From positions 1 to 19,904 of the IMG/VR virus record IMGVR_UViG_3300006147_000008: 19,904 nt of DNA; one strand, given 5' to 3'. Below are positions 8,073-14,941 of this stretch, in pieces. This stretch comes from a virus (taxonomy: Duplodnaviria; Heunggongvirae; Uroviricota; Caudoviricetes). Position 1 is the stretch's first letter; the number at the start of each line of letters is the position of its first letter. A program made the position numbers and the translations under genes. Under the pieces are notes generated by a model. It worked only from the letters and a program-made list of their open reading frames with translations, searched no databases and was not told the origin of the DNA.

Positions 8073-8523
8073 AGAGATCTTCATGGGCGGCGGTGCCTTG
8101 GTCGCTATCTTGACACTGGTGCAGGTCAGCCCTATCAAAATTGACCCGTGGTCAGCCATCGGAAAGGTGCTTTGCGCAATCGGACGGGCGATTGGAAAGG
8201 CACTCAATGGTGCAGTGATTGAGAAGCTGGACAAGATGGAGGCAGCACAGGTGGAGACACGGATGCGGCTTGATGAGCACATTCGTGTTGACGATGAGCG
8301 CAATGCTGATTTGCACCGTGCGTACATTCTGCGCTTTAACATGGAACTGCGGAGAGGGATGCAGCACACGGACGAGGACTTCAACGAGATCCTTTACAAT
8401 ATCAAATGTTATGAGCAGTATTGTAAGAATCATCCGGAGTATGAAAACAACAGGGCAGTACACGCTATCAGGCATATCGAAAACGTGTATGATGATCGTA
8501 TGGAAGAGAACGATCCTGAGTGA
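8062..8523 (+). CDS. Membrane-anchored lysis-cassette protein (hypothetical)
   Basis: Hydrophobic N-terminus, then a coiled-coil-like segment and a YEQYCKNHPEYENN motif; last gene before the terminator. Confidence 0.7.
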   Translation: MTLKEIFMGGGALVAILTLVQVSPIKIDPWSAIGKVLCAIGRAIGKALNGAVIEKLDKMEAAQVETRMRLDEHIRVDDERNADLHRAYILRFNMELRRGMQHTDEDFNEILYNIKCYEQYCKNHPEYENNRAVHAIRHIENVYDDRMEENDPE

Positions 8524-8566
8524 GGCGTAACGCCGTCTGCCCATGCGCTACAGCATGGTATCAAAG

Positions 8567-8602
8567 TAGGGAGCTGGTCTTTATGGCCGGTTCCCTATTT
8601 TT
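8567..8602 (+). terminator. Intrinsic terminator of the late operon (copy 1 of a direct repeat)
   Basis: TAGGGAGCTGGTC-TTTAT-GGCCGGTTCCCTA followed by TTTTT. Confidence 0.8.
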
Positions 8603-8626
8603 GTGATGATTTGAAGAAATTTTGTG

Positions 8627-8655
8627 TTGACGAAGCATGGCATTTCGGATATACT
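8627..8655 (+). promoter_or_regulatory. sigmaA-like promoter P1 upstream of toxIN
   Basis: TTGACG-17 nt-TATACT. Confidence 0.6.
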
Positions 8656-8698
8656 GCAAATAGGATGAGACAGGCGAATTTGCGGCTAAATTTCCCTG

Positions 8699-8727
8699 TT
8701 GACAAAACGGGGGATTAGGCATATAAT
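8699..8727 (+). promoter_or_regulatory. Consensus sigmaA promoter P2 for toxIN
   Basis: Perfect TTGACA-17 nt-TATAAT. Confidence 0.85.
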
Positions 8728-8760
8728 AAGAGTGAAGGTACTTGTATCTTCGTTTAGCAA

Positions 8761-8871
8761 TAATCCCAGGTGTTCCACCGCCGTAAGTGTGGGGTTTTAA
8801 TCCAAGGTTCCGTTACCGAGAATACGGGCTTTAATTCAAGGTGTTCCACTACCGTGAGTGTGGGCTTTAAT
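8761..8871 (+). ncRNA. toxI: Type III antitoxin RNA (ToxI/AntiQ-like): three tandem pseudoknot repeats of 37, 34 and 36 nt
   Basis: Units start with TAAT at 8761, 8798 and 8832 (a fourth TAAT at 8868); each can form an H-type pseudoknot; they lie between a promoter and a terminator upstream of toxN. Confidence 0.85.
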
Positions 8872-8903
8872 AGAAGGGGCGGTTTGTCCGCCCCTTCTTT
8901 TTT
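8872..8903 (+). terminator. Intrinsic terminator between toxI and toxN
   Basis: AGAAGGGGCGG-TTTGT-CCGCCCCTTCT (perfect 11-bp stem) followed by TTTTT; this is the canonical type III TA position. Confidence 0.9.
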
Positions 8904-8919
8904 AGAGAGAAAGGATACT

Positions 8920-9438
8920 ATGCTAAAGTTTTACGACATTGATCCGGCATACGCAAATTATCTTCGGCAGTTCGATCAGCGCATCCCCAATATAAGCTAT
9001 GGGACAAATAACAAATTTGTTTGTGGGATTGTGCTGTCGGTTTCTGGATATAACTATTTTGCGCCTATTTCTTCCAATACCGCGAGGCAACAAACTAATA
9101 TTTTGATAACAGATGATACGGGGAGAGTTCTATCATCAATCAAATTTTCTTTCATGTTTCCTGCACCCACTACCGTAATTACACCTAAAAATTTCAGAGC
9201 TATTCGTGCCGTAGATTCTGCGTATGCAGATTTGCTTGAAAAAGAGTATGAGTTTTGCAAGAAGAATGAACAAGCCATTCGAGATAAGGCTATGAAAGTC
9301 TATCGAATAGGGTGTAATCCTGGACACGTATTACATAGGAACTGTTGTGATTTCCACTTGCTTGAAGAAAAACAGGATGAATGGATAGCGGCGCAAAATG
9401 TTGTAGCGGGAAAAAATCAAGAGACACAAGCGGAATAA
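8920..9438 (+). CDS. toxN: Type III toxin, ToxN/AbiQ family endoribonuclease
   Basis: LKFYDID..Y..YLRQFD..IP....KFVCGIVL....YNYFAPISS and SSIKFSFMFP motifs; 172 aa; ATG 8920 after AAAGGA. Confidence 0.9.
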   Translation: MLKFYDIDPAYANYLRQFDQRIPNISYGTNNKFVCGIVLSVSGYNYFAPISSNTARQQTNILITDDTGRVLSSIKFSFMFPAPTTVITPKNFRAIRAVDSAYADLLEKEYEFCKKNEQAIRDKAMKVYRIGCNPGHVLHRNCCDFHLLEEKQDEWIAAQNVVAGKNQETQAE

Positions 9439-9482
9439 ACAAATGCAGATGAAGATCTGTTGGAATATGAGTTCTTATATCG

Positions 9483-9518
9483 GGGAACTGGTCTTTATGG
9501 CCGGTTCCCTATTTTTTT
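9483..9518 (+). terminator. Intrinsic terminator after toxN (copy 2 of the direct repeat)
   Basis: GGGAACTGGTC-TTTAT-GGCCGGTTCCC followed by TA and T7. Confidence 0.8.
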
Positions 9519-9617
9519 GCATTTATGGCACTTTGAAAAGCGCACAAAAAAGTTATGTATTTTTCAAAATATCATGTCAAAAAGAGTGTTGGCGGCTCTT
9601 CCTGTTTTGTGTCATGT

Positions 9618-9645
9618 TGTAGGAAACGGCAAACCGTTTCTTACA
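9618..9645. other. Inverted repeat downstream of the serine recombinase (possible terminator or protein-binding site)
   Basis: TGTAGGAAACGG-CAAA-CCGTTTCTTACA, 12-bp stem; no clear U-tract. Confidence 0.45.
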
Positions 9646-9655
9646 AGGTGAAACA

Positions 9656-11173
9656 TCAATATCTCCACTGAATATCAACGGTCTGGTCAGTGACAGCTAC
9701 CTTTTGAATAAGCTCGTCCACAACTACTCTCCGGTCATCATAGTCAAGCTCCTCCCAGCGGTCGAGGCGTTCAGCCAGCTCGATCATGTCATGTCTTGGT
9801 GTTGACATAGTAGCAGAAAGTTCAATTAACTGCTGTCGGTAGGTTTTGCTCTGAGCATCCAATTCACTGACACGTTTATTGATGTACTCCATCAAAACGC
9901 TATTAGCACTGGATACCTTGTCCATGAGACTGTTGATCTCGGCGGCAATCTGTTCCAGCTTGATATTCAGTTCGTGAACAAGCGGGTTCTGTTGCCGACC
10001 TACTGGCTGAGATGTGACATCGTATTCCTTGACGTGTTCCTTCATACGCTGTAACACATTCTCTTCAACAGCGTTGGCGAACAATCTACCAGCTCCCACA
10101 CAGCCGTGTGAACCTATCCTATGAACACAGCGTAGATACCGAACCCTACCCTTGTTGCCTCTGCGGACAACCAGGGCGTGCCCACAATTCCCACACTTGA
10201 TTTTTCCTGCCAGCCAAGTGTTGTGTGCTTTTATGGGCTTGGAGATTGACTTGTTGTTGAGGCACTTTACCCTGGCCGCGATCCACACGTCGGACGGGAC
10301 GATCCCCTCATGCGGAGCAAGAACCAAGTGCTGCCCATTCAGCACACGAGCTTTATTGCCGGCACTCTTGTCCTCGTAGAGGTAACAGCCGTTCGTCCCA
10401 ATGAAGTCCTCTGGGCTGTTGTGGATTTCTGTTCCTTGGTTTTTGAAGAAGCGGTACAGCTCCAGATCGGCCTGTACATAGATAGGGTTCTTAATGGTGT
10501 CTCCCAGCTGAGTCCGTCCCCATGAGCCGTCTTTAGAGACGGGGTTCCTAATCCCATTAGCTTCCATATAGCGAACGATGTCACCATAGGAAGTCTGTGG
10601 TTGGGCATACATAGAGTAGATCAGCTTGATGATCTCTGCTGGCTCAGGGTCAACAACATAGCGGGAGGTTTTCTTGCCGTCGAGCATATACGGCTCCAGC
10701 TTAAACCCCATGGGAATTGGCCCACCCATGTAAAATCCCTTCCGGCTTCGGCTTAGGTAGGCGTCGGTCACACGCATCTGGATTGTCTCGCGTTCCAGCT
10801 GGGCGAACACAATGCAGATGTTAAGCATAGCCCGCCCCATTGGTGTAGAGGTATCGAATTTCTCATTGCAGGAGACAAACTCCACACCGAATTTCTGAAA
10901 CTCCTCCATCATATTTGCGAAGTCCAAGATGGAGCGGCTGATTCTGTCCAGTTTGTAGACGATGACTCTGCTTACCTCACCACCACGAATGCAATCCATC
11001 ATTCGCTGAAAATCGGGACGGTCGGTATTTTTCCCAGAGAACCCTTTGTCCTGAAAGACCTTGTATACACCTCCACGTGTTTCGTATTGGCAGAACTCGA
11101 TTTGGCTTTCAATGCTGATGCTGTCCACCTTATCGACAGACTGCCGGCCATAGATTGCGTCATATTTCTCCAT
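9656..11173 (-). CDS. Large serine recombinase (integrase) with recombinase and Zn-ribbon domains
   Basis: AIYGRQS catalytic Ser, D.GFSGKNTDRPDFQ, VYKLDRISRS, FAQLERETI, zinc ribbon KIKCGNCG...YLRC, coiled coil; 505 aa. Confidence 0.95.
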   Translation of the reverse strand: MEKYDAIYGRQSVDKVDSISIESQIEFCQYETRGGVYKVFQDKGFSGKNTDRPDFQRMMDCIRGGEVSRVIVYKLDRISRSILDFANMMEEFQKFGVEFVSCNEKFDTSTPMGRAMLNICIVFAQLERETIQMRVTDAYLSRSRKGFYMGGPIPMGFKLEPYMLDGKKTSRYVVDPEPAEIIKLIYSMYAQPQTSYGDIVRYMEANGIRNPVSKDGSWGRTQLGDTIKNPIYVQADLELYRFFKNQGTEIHNSPEDFIGTNGCYLYEDKSAGNKARVLNGQHLVLAPHEGIVPSDVWIAARVKCLNNKSISKPIKAHNTWLAGKIKCGNCGHALVVRRGNKGRVRYLRCVHRIGSHGCVGAGRLFANAVEENVLQRMKEHVKEYDVTSQPVGRQQNPLVHELNIKLEQIAAEINSLMDKVSSANSVLMEYINKRVSELDAQSKTYRQQLIELSATMSTPRHDMIELAERLDRWEELDYDDRRVVVDELIQKVAVTDQTVDIQWRY

Positions 11174-11195
11174 ATACAGCTCCCCTTTCTATGAA

Positions 11196-11238
11196 GAAGA
11201 GCCGCCAACGGTTTTATTATACCGTGACGGCTCCTTTT
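11196..11238. other. Candidate attP: imperfect palindrome between the small upstream gene and the integrase
   Basis: GAAGAGCCGCCAACGGT-TTTATTAT-ACCGTGACGGCTCCTT; arms GAGCCG..ACGGT / ACCGT..CGGCTC; central dinucleotide AT at 11216-11217. Confidence 0.5.
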
Positions 11239-11244
11239 ACTCAA
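11216..11244 (-). promoter_or_regulatory. sigmaA-like promoter for the integrase, embedded in the palindrome
   Basis: On - strand: TTGAGT (11244-11239), 17 nt, TATAAT (11221-11216). Confidence 0.6.
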
Positions 11245-11420
11245 GCAAATTTTTCACAGTATTTGCTGAAAACCTTATACAGGCCGCGCTCAATCCGCTG
11301 TTTGGCATTTTTACGTGCATCTTCATTGATGAATATGGGGTGGAAGTCACGCTCAATAATCTCCTTATCCCCGATACGCACCTTCCGCGCAGTCATTGTG
11401 TATCCGGTGATTTCGTTCAT
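11241..11420 (-). CDS. Small basic protein (59 aa), candidate recombination directionality factor
   Basis: ATG after GAGGAGG; last early gene, in tandem with and directly upstream of the integrase. The function is inferred from position and size only. Confidence 0.6.
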   Translation of the reverse strand: MNEITGYTMTARKVRIGDKEIIERDFHPIFINEDARKNAKQRIERGLYKVFSKYCEKFA

Positions 11421-11430
11421 GCTGTCCTCC

Positions 11431-11574
11431 TCATTTGCCCAAGATCGGTACTTCCGTTTTTGCCACTGTGATGCCAAACACCTTGTATCGGATATAGGCA
11501 CTGTCTCTTTGAATGCTGGTTGCATTCCGCAGCCACGCCCAATCAGACATAAGTAATTTTCTGTATAACCACAT
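11431..11574 (-). CDS. Small hypothetical protein (47 aa, MWLYRKLL...PILGK)
   Basis: ATG after GCGGTGAG; fills the gap between neighbours; read manually. Confidence 0.45.
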   Translation of the reverse strand: MWLYRKLLMSDWAWLRNATSIQRDSAYIRYKVFGITVAKTEVPILGK

Positions 11575-11604
11575 AGATCTCACCGCTTTCTCACATCAAG
11601 CCTT

Positions 11605-11781
11605 TTATACAGGGAAATCTTGCTCTGAAATTTTGTGGCTTTTAATCAGATCAAGAAAATCCTGTTCTGAGTATGCCATTGATTGTCCCAATGCTTCTCG
11701 CTGCTTATTTTCTGCGATCATGCCGTTCATTTCGATTTCCGCTTGCAGCATCCGCATTTTGAAAAGCAGAAGCTCTCTCAT
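11605..11781 (-). CDS. Hypothetical protein (58 aa, MRELLLFKMR...DFPV)
   Basis: ATG after GGAGGTG; read manually. Confidence 0.6.
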   Translation of the reverse strand: MRELLLFKMRMLQAEIEMNGMIAENKQREALGQSMAYSEQDFLDLIKSHKISEQDFPV

Positions 11782-11811
11782 GTGACACCTCCAAACTAAT
11801 CTTTTATAATC

Positions 11812-12030
11812 TTAGTCATAGTCATCGTCGAATGTACAGCGGACAATCTTCTCCATTCCGCAGAAGCGACAACGGGCAATATCCCAATCTCCACCATCAC
11901 AATAAATGATGAAGCTGAAATCGTGGTTGCACTGAGCTGGCTTGTTTGGATAAGCTGGTAAAAGAGGATATTTCAAACGCCCCTGCTTCAGTGCGGCTTC
12001 ATACTCCAGCTTGCTATCCATTATCGACAT
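11812..12030 (-). CDS. Hypothetical protein with a possible Zn-binding motif (CNH...CRFC)
   Basis: RBS GAGGTG; 72 aa. Confidence 0.65.
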   Translation of the reverse strand: MSIMDSKLEYEAALKQGRLKYPLLPAYPNKPAQCNHDFSFIIYCDGGDWDIARCRFCGMEKIVRCTFDDDYD

Positions 12031-12050
12031 CTATAAACACCTCAACCAAA

Positions 12051-12344
12051 TTATTCTTTCATCTTATCTACAAGTATAGTGAATTTCGTATGCTCAAGGT
12101 CACGTTCATCAATTCTCTTACCAGTTCTCTTGTTCCTCCATCCGTAGAAAGCACCGTTACCGAAAGATGGAACACCAACGAGATAGCGTTCAAATCCATT
12201 GGCCTGTAACCACTTGATTTTTCGATTCCATAAAATGCTCTTGATAAAACATGAGCAGAAAATTACAAGAATGATAACGACTATAATAATCGCAGGAATG
12301 ATGAAGCCAAACCAAACTTTGAGTGTCGCCCATACTTCAAGCAT
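12051..12344 (-). CDS. Membrane-anchored hypothetical protein
   Basis: Long hydrophobic N-terminal helix (FGFIIPAIIIVVIILVIFC); 97 aa. Confidence 0.65.
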   Translation of the reverse strand: MLEVWATLKVWFGFIIPAIIIVVIILVIFCSCFIKSILWNRKIKWLQANGFERYLVGVPSFGNGAFYGWRNKRTGKRIDERDLEHTKFTILVDKMKE

Positions 12345-12407
12345 TTATAGCACCCCCAATAATAATCAAATTAACCTTTCATCCAGATTGGGATTGTGAT
12401 ATTCAAA

Positions 12408-12635
12408 TCAATCCACCCCTTTTATTGTGTTGTATTTGAAGATTATGTTTTTGATTTCTTGCTTATCAAACGGGTAGGGAGCACCAATAGAGTTCAACTC
12501 ATCTGCGACCTCATCTATTTCGGTCTTGAGTTTTCCGAAGTTAATGCACCGTATAGCATCATTGTCGAATGCGCTGTCGATACATCTATCAAGTGCGTTG
12601 CACTCACTGCATTTTTGTAGCATTTTCGTTTGCAT
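12408..12635 (-). CDS. Hypothetical protein (75 aa, CxxC)
   Basis: RBS GAAAGG; fits the operon packing. Confidence 0.55.
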   Translation of the reverse strand: MQTKMLQKCSECNALDRCIDSAFDNDAIRCINFGKLKTEIDEVADELNSIGAPYPFDKQEIKNIIFKYNTIKGVD

Positions 12636-12647
12636 AAAATCAGCCTT

Positions 12648-12932
12648 TCACGCAAGCATGCCATTGTTGTTTTGTGGGCCACGCCATTTCCATGCTTGCC
12701 GCACCGAAAAATCGCAACCCCCGTATAATTCAAGCGGCGCACAGCATCCTCCATCATGCCACCAACAGCAAGTATTACAATTCTTTTGGACATCCGCCAC
12801 CGCCGCATTCCGTTCCGCCAGCAGGGTTTCAATGGCGGTGGCGGCTTTTACACATTGGTTGCAATCATAGCAATCGCTAATATTCCATGATGCGACCATG
12901 CGCAGTTCGTCAATCAGCTCTTTGTAATCCAT
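12648..12932 (-). CDS. Cys-rich hypothetical phage protein (94 aa)
   Basis: RBS AAGGAGGG; CxxCxxC and CxxC motifs; ends in WKWRG. Confidence 0.7.
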   Translation of the reverse strand: MDYKELIDELRMVASWNISDCYDCNQCVKAATAIETLLAERNAAVADVQKNCNTCCWWHDGGCCAPLELYGGCDFSVRQAWKWRGPQNNNGMLA

Positions 12933-12933
12933 G

Positions 12934-13440
12934 TCAGCCCTCCTTCGACCTGCGGCGGTATAGCGTTAGCTCCCTCTTTACGACATCATACTCAAAGTCA
13001 ACCGCAACGCCACGATCATGTAACGTCCCAATCAGGAATGGCATCCCTGCCCACTGGCCTATGGTTTCGAGCTTTATGATACCCCAGCACCGCATTTCAA
13101 GACACCACACCGGCTCTCCGCCCATCTCCCTCAGTTCGTCCAGGGTCAGCGGGTCGTTGGATGATCCCAACTCCATAATTTGCTCTATCGTAACACCTCT
13201 TTTCGTTGCATCTATACAAACCTGGACAAATTTGGAGTCAAGCCCAGCTTCTACATAAGTTTTACACAGATGCTGATATTCAGCCACTTCTTCCGACGTC
13301 AAGCCGGTGTCCTCATAGGCGGCGAGGCGGTCAATTATGGGGTAAATATCGGCGCATTCCGCCCCATTACACGTTCTGCAAGGCCCGTGGCATCCTTTTC
13401 TCATGACCCACCCATCAATCCGTTCAGTCAGTCTTTCCAT
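12934..13440 (-). CDS. Hypothetical phage protein (168 aa) with RLAAYEDTGLT and LTLDELREM..EPVW modules
   Basis: ATG 13440 after GGAGG; these short modules are commonly seen in Firmicute phage early genes. Confidence 0.7.
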   Translation of the reverse strand: MERLTERIDGWVMRKGCHGPCRTCNGAECADIYPIIDRLAAYEDTGLTSEEVAEYQHLCKTYVEAGLDSKFVQVCIDATKRGVTIEQIMELGSSNDPLTLDELREMGGEPVWCLEMRCWGIIKLETIGQWAGMPFLIGTLHDRGVAVDFEYDVVKRELTLYRRRSKEG

Positions 13441-13723
13441 TGTTTCCTCCAATTCTCCGTTCCAGCTCTGCCCAGGCTTCCGGGATTCTCGGCCTTCCGC
13501 AAAACGGGCAATACCACCACACGCTCAAATCAGATGGGCAAACCGGGCATCTCTTCCACCGGCTCCTGTTCAGCTTGATGGACTGGGCACGGAGGGTAGC
13601 AACAGCTATGTCAACTGCATCGTGTAACGCTTTGTTTGCGGCCCCATCACATGGTAGCATGATGTCCACCATGCTCCACCATGCTCCATCATCCAAAATT
13701 TCGATTGCTTCTTTTCTGGTCAT
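13424..13723 (-). CDS. Hypothetical protein with a C-terminal Zn ribbon (CPVC...YCPFCG)
   Basis: ATG 13723 (MTRKEAIEIL) after AGGAGTG. Confidence 0.7.
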   Translation of the reverse strand: MTRKEAIEILDDGAWWSMVDIMLPCDGAANKALHDAVDIAVATLRAQSIKLNRSRWKRCPVCPSDLSVWWYCPFCGRPRIPEAWAELERRIGGNNGKTD

Positions 13724-13731
13724 AATAAAAA

Positions 13732-14208
13732 TCACTCCTTTAGAAGGATTTCGATAGCGGCGTCCGTTTCGTCCTTGCCAAGCCCATGGGCCATCACAGT
13801 TTGAACCCAATGGTCTTTGTGAGGCTCCATATCTGTACGGTCATCCAATATCACAAAGTTTGACACCTCTGGATGCTCTGTTAGCCATTGGGCGATCTCA
13901 AAGCCGCGATGGGCAGATGGAAGCTCAGGAGTAAACCCATAGAATTTGATACCATAACGTGCAAGCTCGTTGCGCAGCTCCAGATAGTCGCTGTTCCATT
14001 TCGGATCATCCCTGTCATACCGCCAATCGCTTGATAGGACAACCTTTGCCTTGGTTTCTGTAATGATGCGTTTCAGGTTTTTGAGCTGTCTGCTCCCTAC
14101 GAACCTGTATCCGCCAGTAGTTCTTCTGGTTGTTTTGTCGGTGTTGAGGACACCATCAATATCCAGAAAGACCACCTTGATCTTATCTACTGTTTCACTT
14201 TTCATCAT
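13732..14208 (-). CDS. HAD phosphatase, HAD_SAK_2 ('Swiss army knife' RNA-repair-associated) type
   Basis: VFLDIDGVLN (DxD), VVLSSDWR, TP..RG.EI..WL and FVILDD motifs. Confidence 0.8.
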   Translation of the reverse strand: MMKSETVDKIKVVFLDIDGVLNTDKTTRRTTGGYRFVGSRQLKNLKRIITETKAKVVLSSDWRYDRDDPKWNSDYLELRNELARYGIKFYGFTPELPSAHRGFEIAQWLTEHPEVSNFVILDDRTDMEPHKDHWVQTVMAHGLGKDETDAAIEILLKE

Positions 14209-14220
14209 GAAAGCCTCGTT

Positions 14221-14430
14221 TCATTCTGATTTCTCTGACAATCTTCGGCTGATAAAGCCAAATCGTTCGTCCATTACAAAATCAATGCTGGACTTGAATC
14301 TTTCAATATCCTTTTCGGTTATCCCACGCCTAATAACTTGTTCAGAGATGAATGTGTTGAATCGGTTCATGACTTCGATTTGCAGCTGAGACACGTCCTG
14401 AACGGTCATCAGCTTCTCTTTATCTGTCAC
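14221..14430 (-). CDS. Hypothetical protein (69 aa), currently fused in frame to the upstream HNH gene
   Basis: Own RBS AAGGAGG 7 nt before GTG 14430 (MTDKEKLM...). Confidence 0.6.
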   Translation of the reverse strand: MTDKEKLMTVQDVSQLQIEVMNRFNTFISEQVIRRGITEKDIERFKSSIDFVMDERFGFISRRLSEKSE

Positions 14431-14931
14431 TATGCAACCTCCTTGTACATTTCCCGCTGTGGTGCAAACTCCCCCCAAAAGACGGATCTCAGCGTCAAGA
14501 CGAGCTTTGATTGCATCGCTTTTGTTAGAGAATCGACCTATGAATATTCGCTTGTGATCGTGCATGATGGTTGCTATCCACTGTTCCCGCTTTTTATCGA
14601 AAGTGACACCAGTTACACCAGAGGTGTTTGTAGCGTACAGACCACGATTGCGATTATTCTCTGAAAAGTTACAACACCTCAGATTTTGCTTTCTGTTGTC
14701 GGCTCGGTTCCTGTTTTTGTGATCGACACGCTGGCCGGGCCGGGGGTGCGCGACTATCCTATGAAACCGGACAAATCGTAGCACCCCACAATAGTAATAG
14801 CTACTCGTGAGGTATCCATCCTTGTCCACATACCAGTTCCGGCTTTTAATTACGGGAAGGTCATCCAGATCAAAGAGAAAACTTGCCGACCCAATATGCA
14901 GGATACCGTATGTGTCGAACAGCTCTACCAT
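14430..14931 (-). CDS. HNH homing endonuclease with an AP2 domain; apparent +1 frameshift in a G6 tract near the 3' end
   Basis: FHR...VDHKNRNRADNRKQNLR (HNH) and NTSGVTGV...W.A.I...IGRF..K.DAIKAR (AP2). Removing one G at 14471-14476 gives ...LGEFAPQREMYKEVA* with TAG overlapping the next GTG. Confidence 0.8.
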
Positions 14932-14941
14932 CTTTCTCACC

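Larger units (their letters stand above)
8569..9516 (+). repeat. 34-bp direct repeat (8569-8602 and 9483-9516) flanking the toxIN cassette
   Basis: GGGA(G/A)CTGGTCTTTATGGCCGGTTCCCTATTTTT: 33/34 identical, the last 29 nt exact. Confidence 0.9.

Noticed and set aside
1231-8523. A TR/VR pair or second DGR target inside the window
   Set aside because: By eye I found no AAC-rich template or near-identical repeat differing at adenines; a computational self-alignment would be needed to exclude it fully.
8524-8558. Two tiny hairpins (GGCGT-A-ACGCC and CCATGC-N6-GCATGG) after the last lysis gene
   Set aside because: Stems of 5-6 bp are expected by chance, and no function can be supported.
8761-8871. 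Possible mini CRISPR array
   Set aside because: The units are contiguous, have no unique spacers, fold as pseudoknots and precede a terminator plus toxN; no cas genes are present.
8770-8919. 50-aa N-terminal extension of ToxN in the ORF track (222 aa)
   Set aside because: It runs through the antitoxin repeats and terminator; ToxN similarity and an RBS begin at ATG 8920.
9460-9651. 63-aa ORF after toxN
   Set aside because: It crosses a terminator and inverted repeats, has a TTG start with no convincing RBS, and is probably non-coding.
9520-9655. This gap as the primary attP
   Set aside because: Not excluded, but it shows only a half-site and a short hairpin; the symmetric 43-bp site at 11196-11238 with the SPbeta-like gene order fits better.
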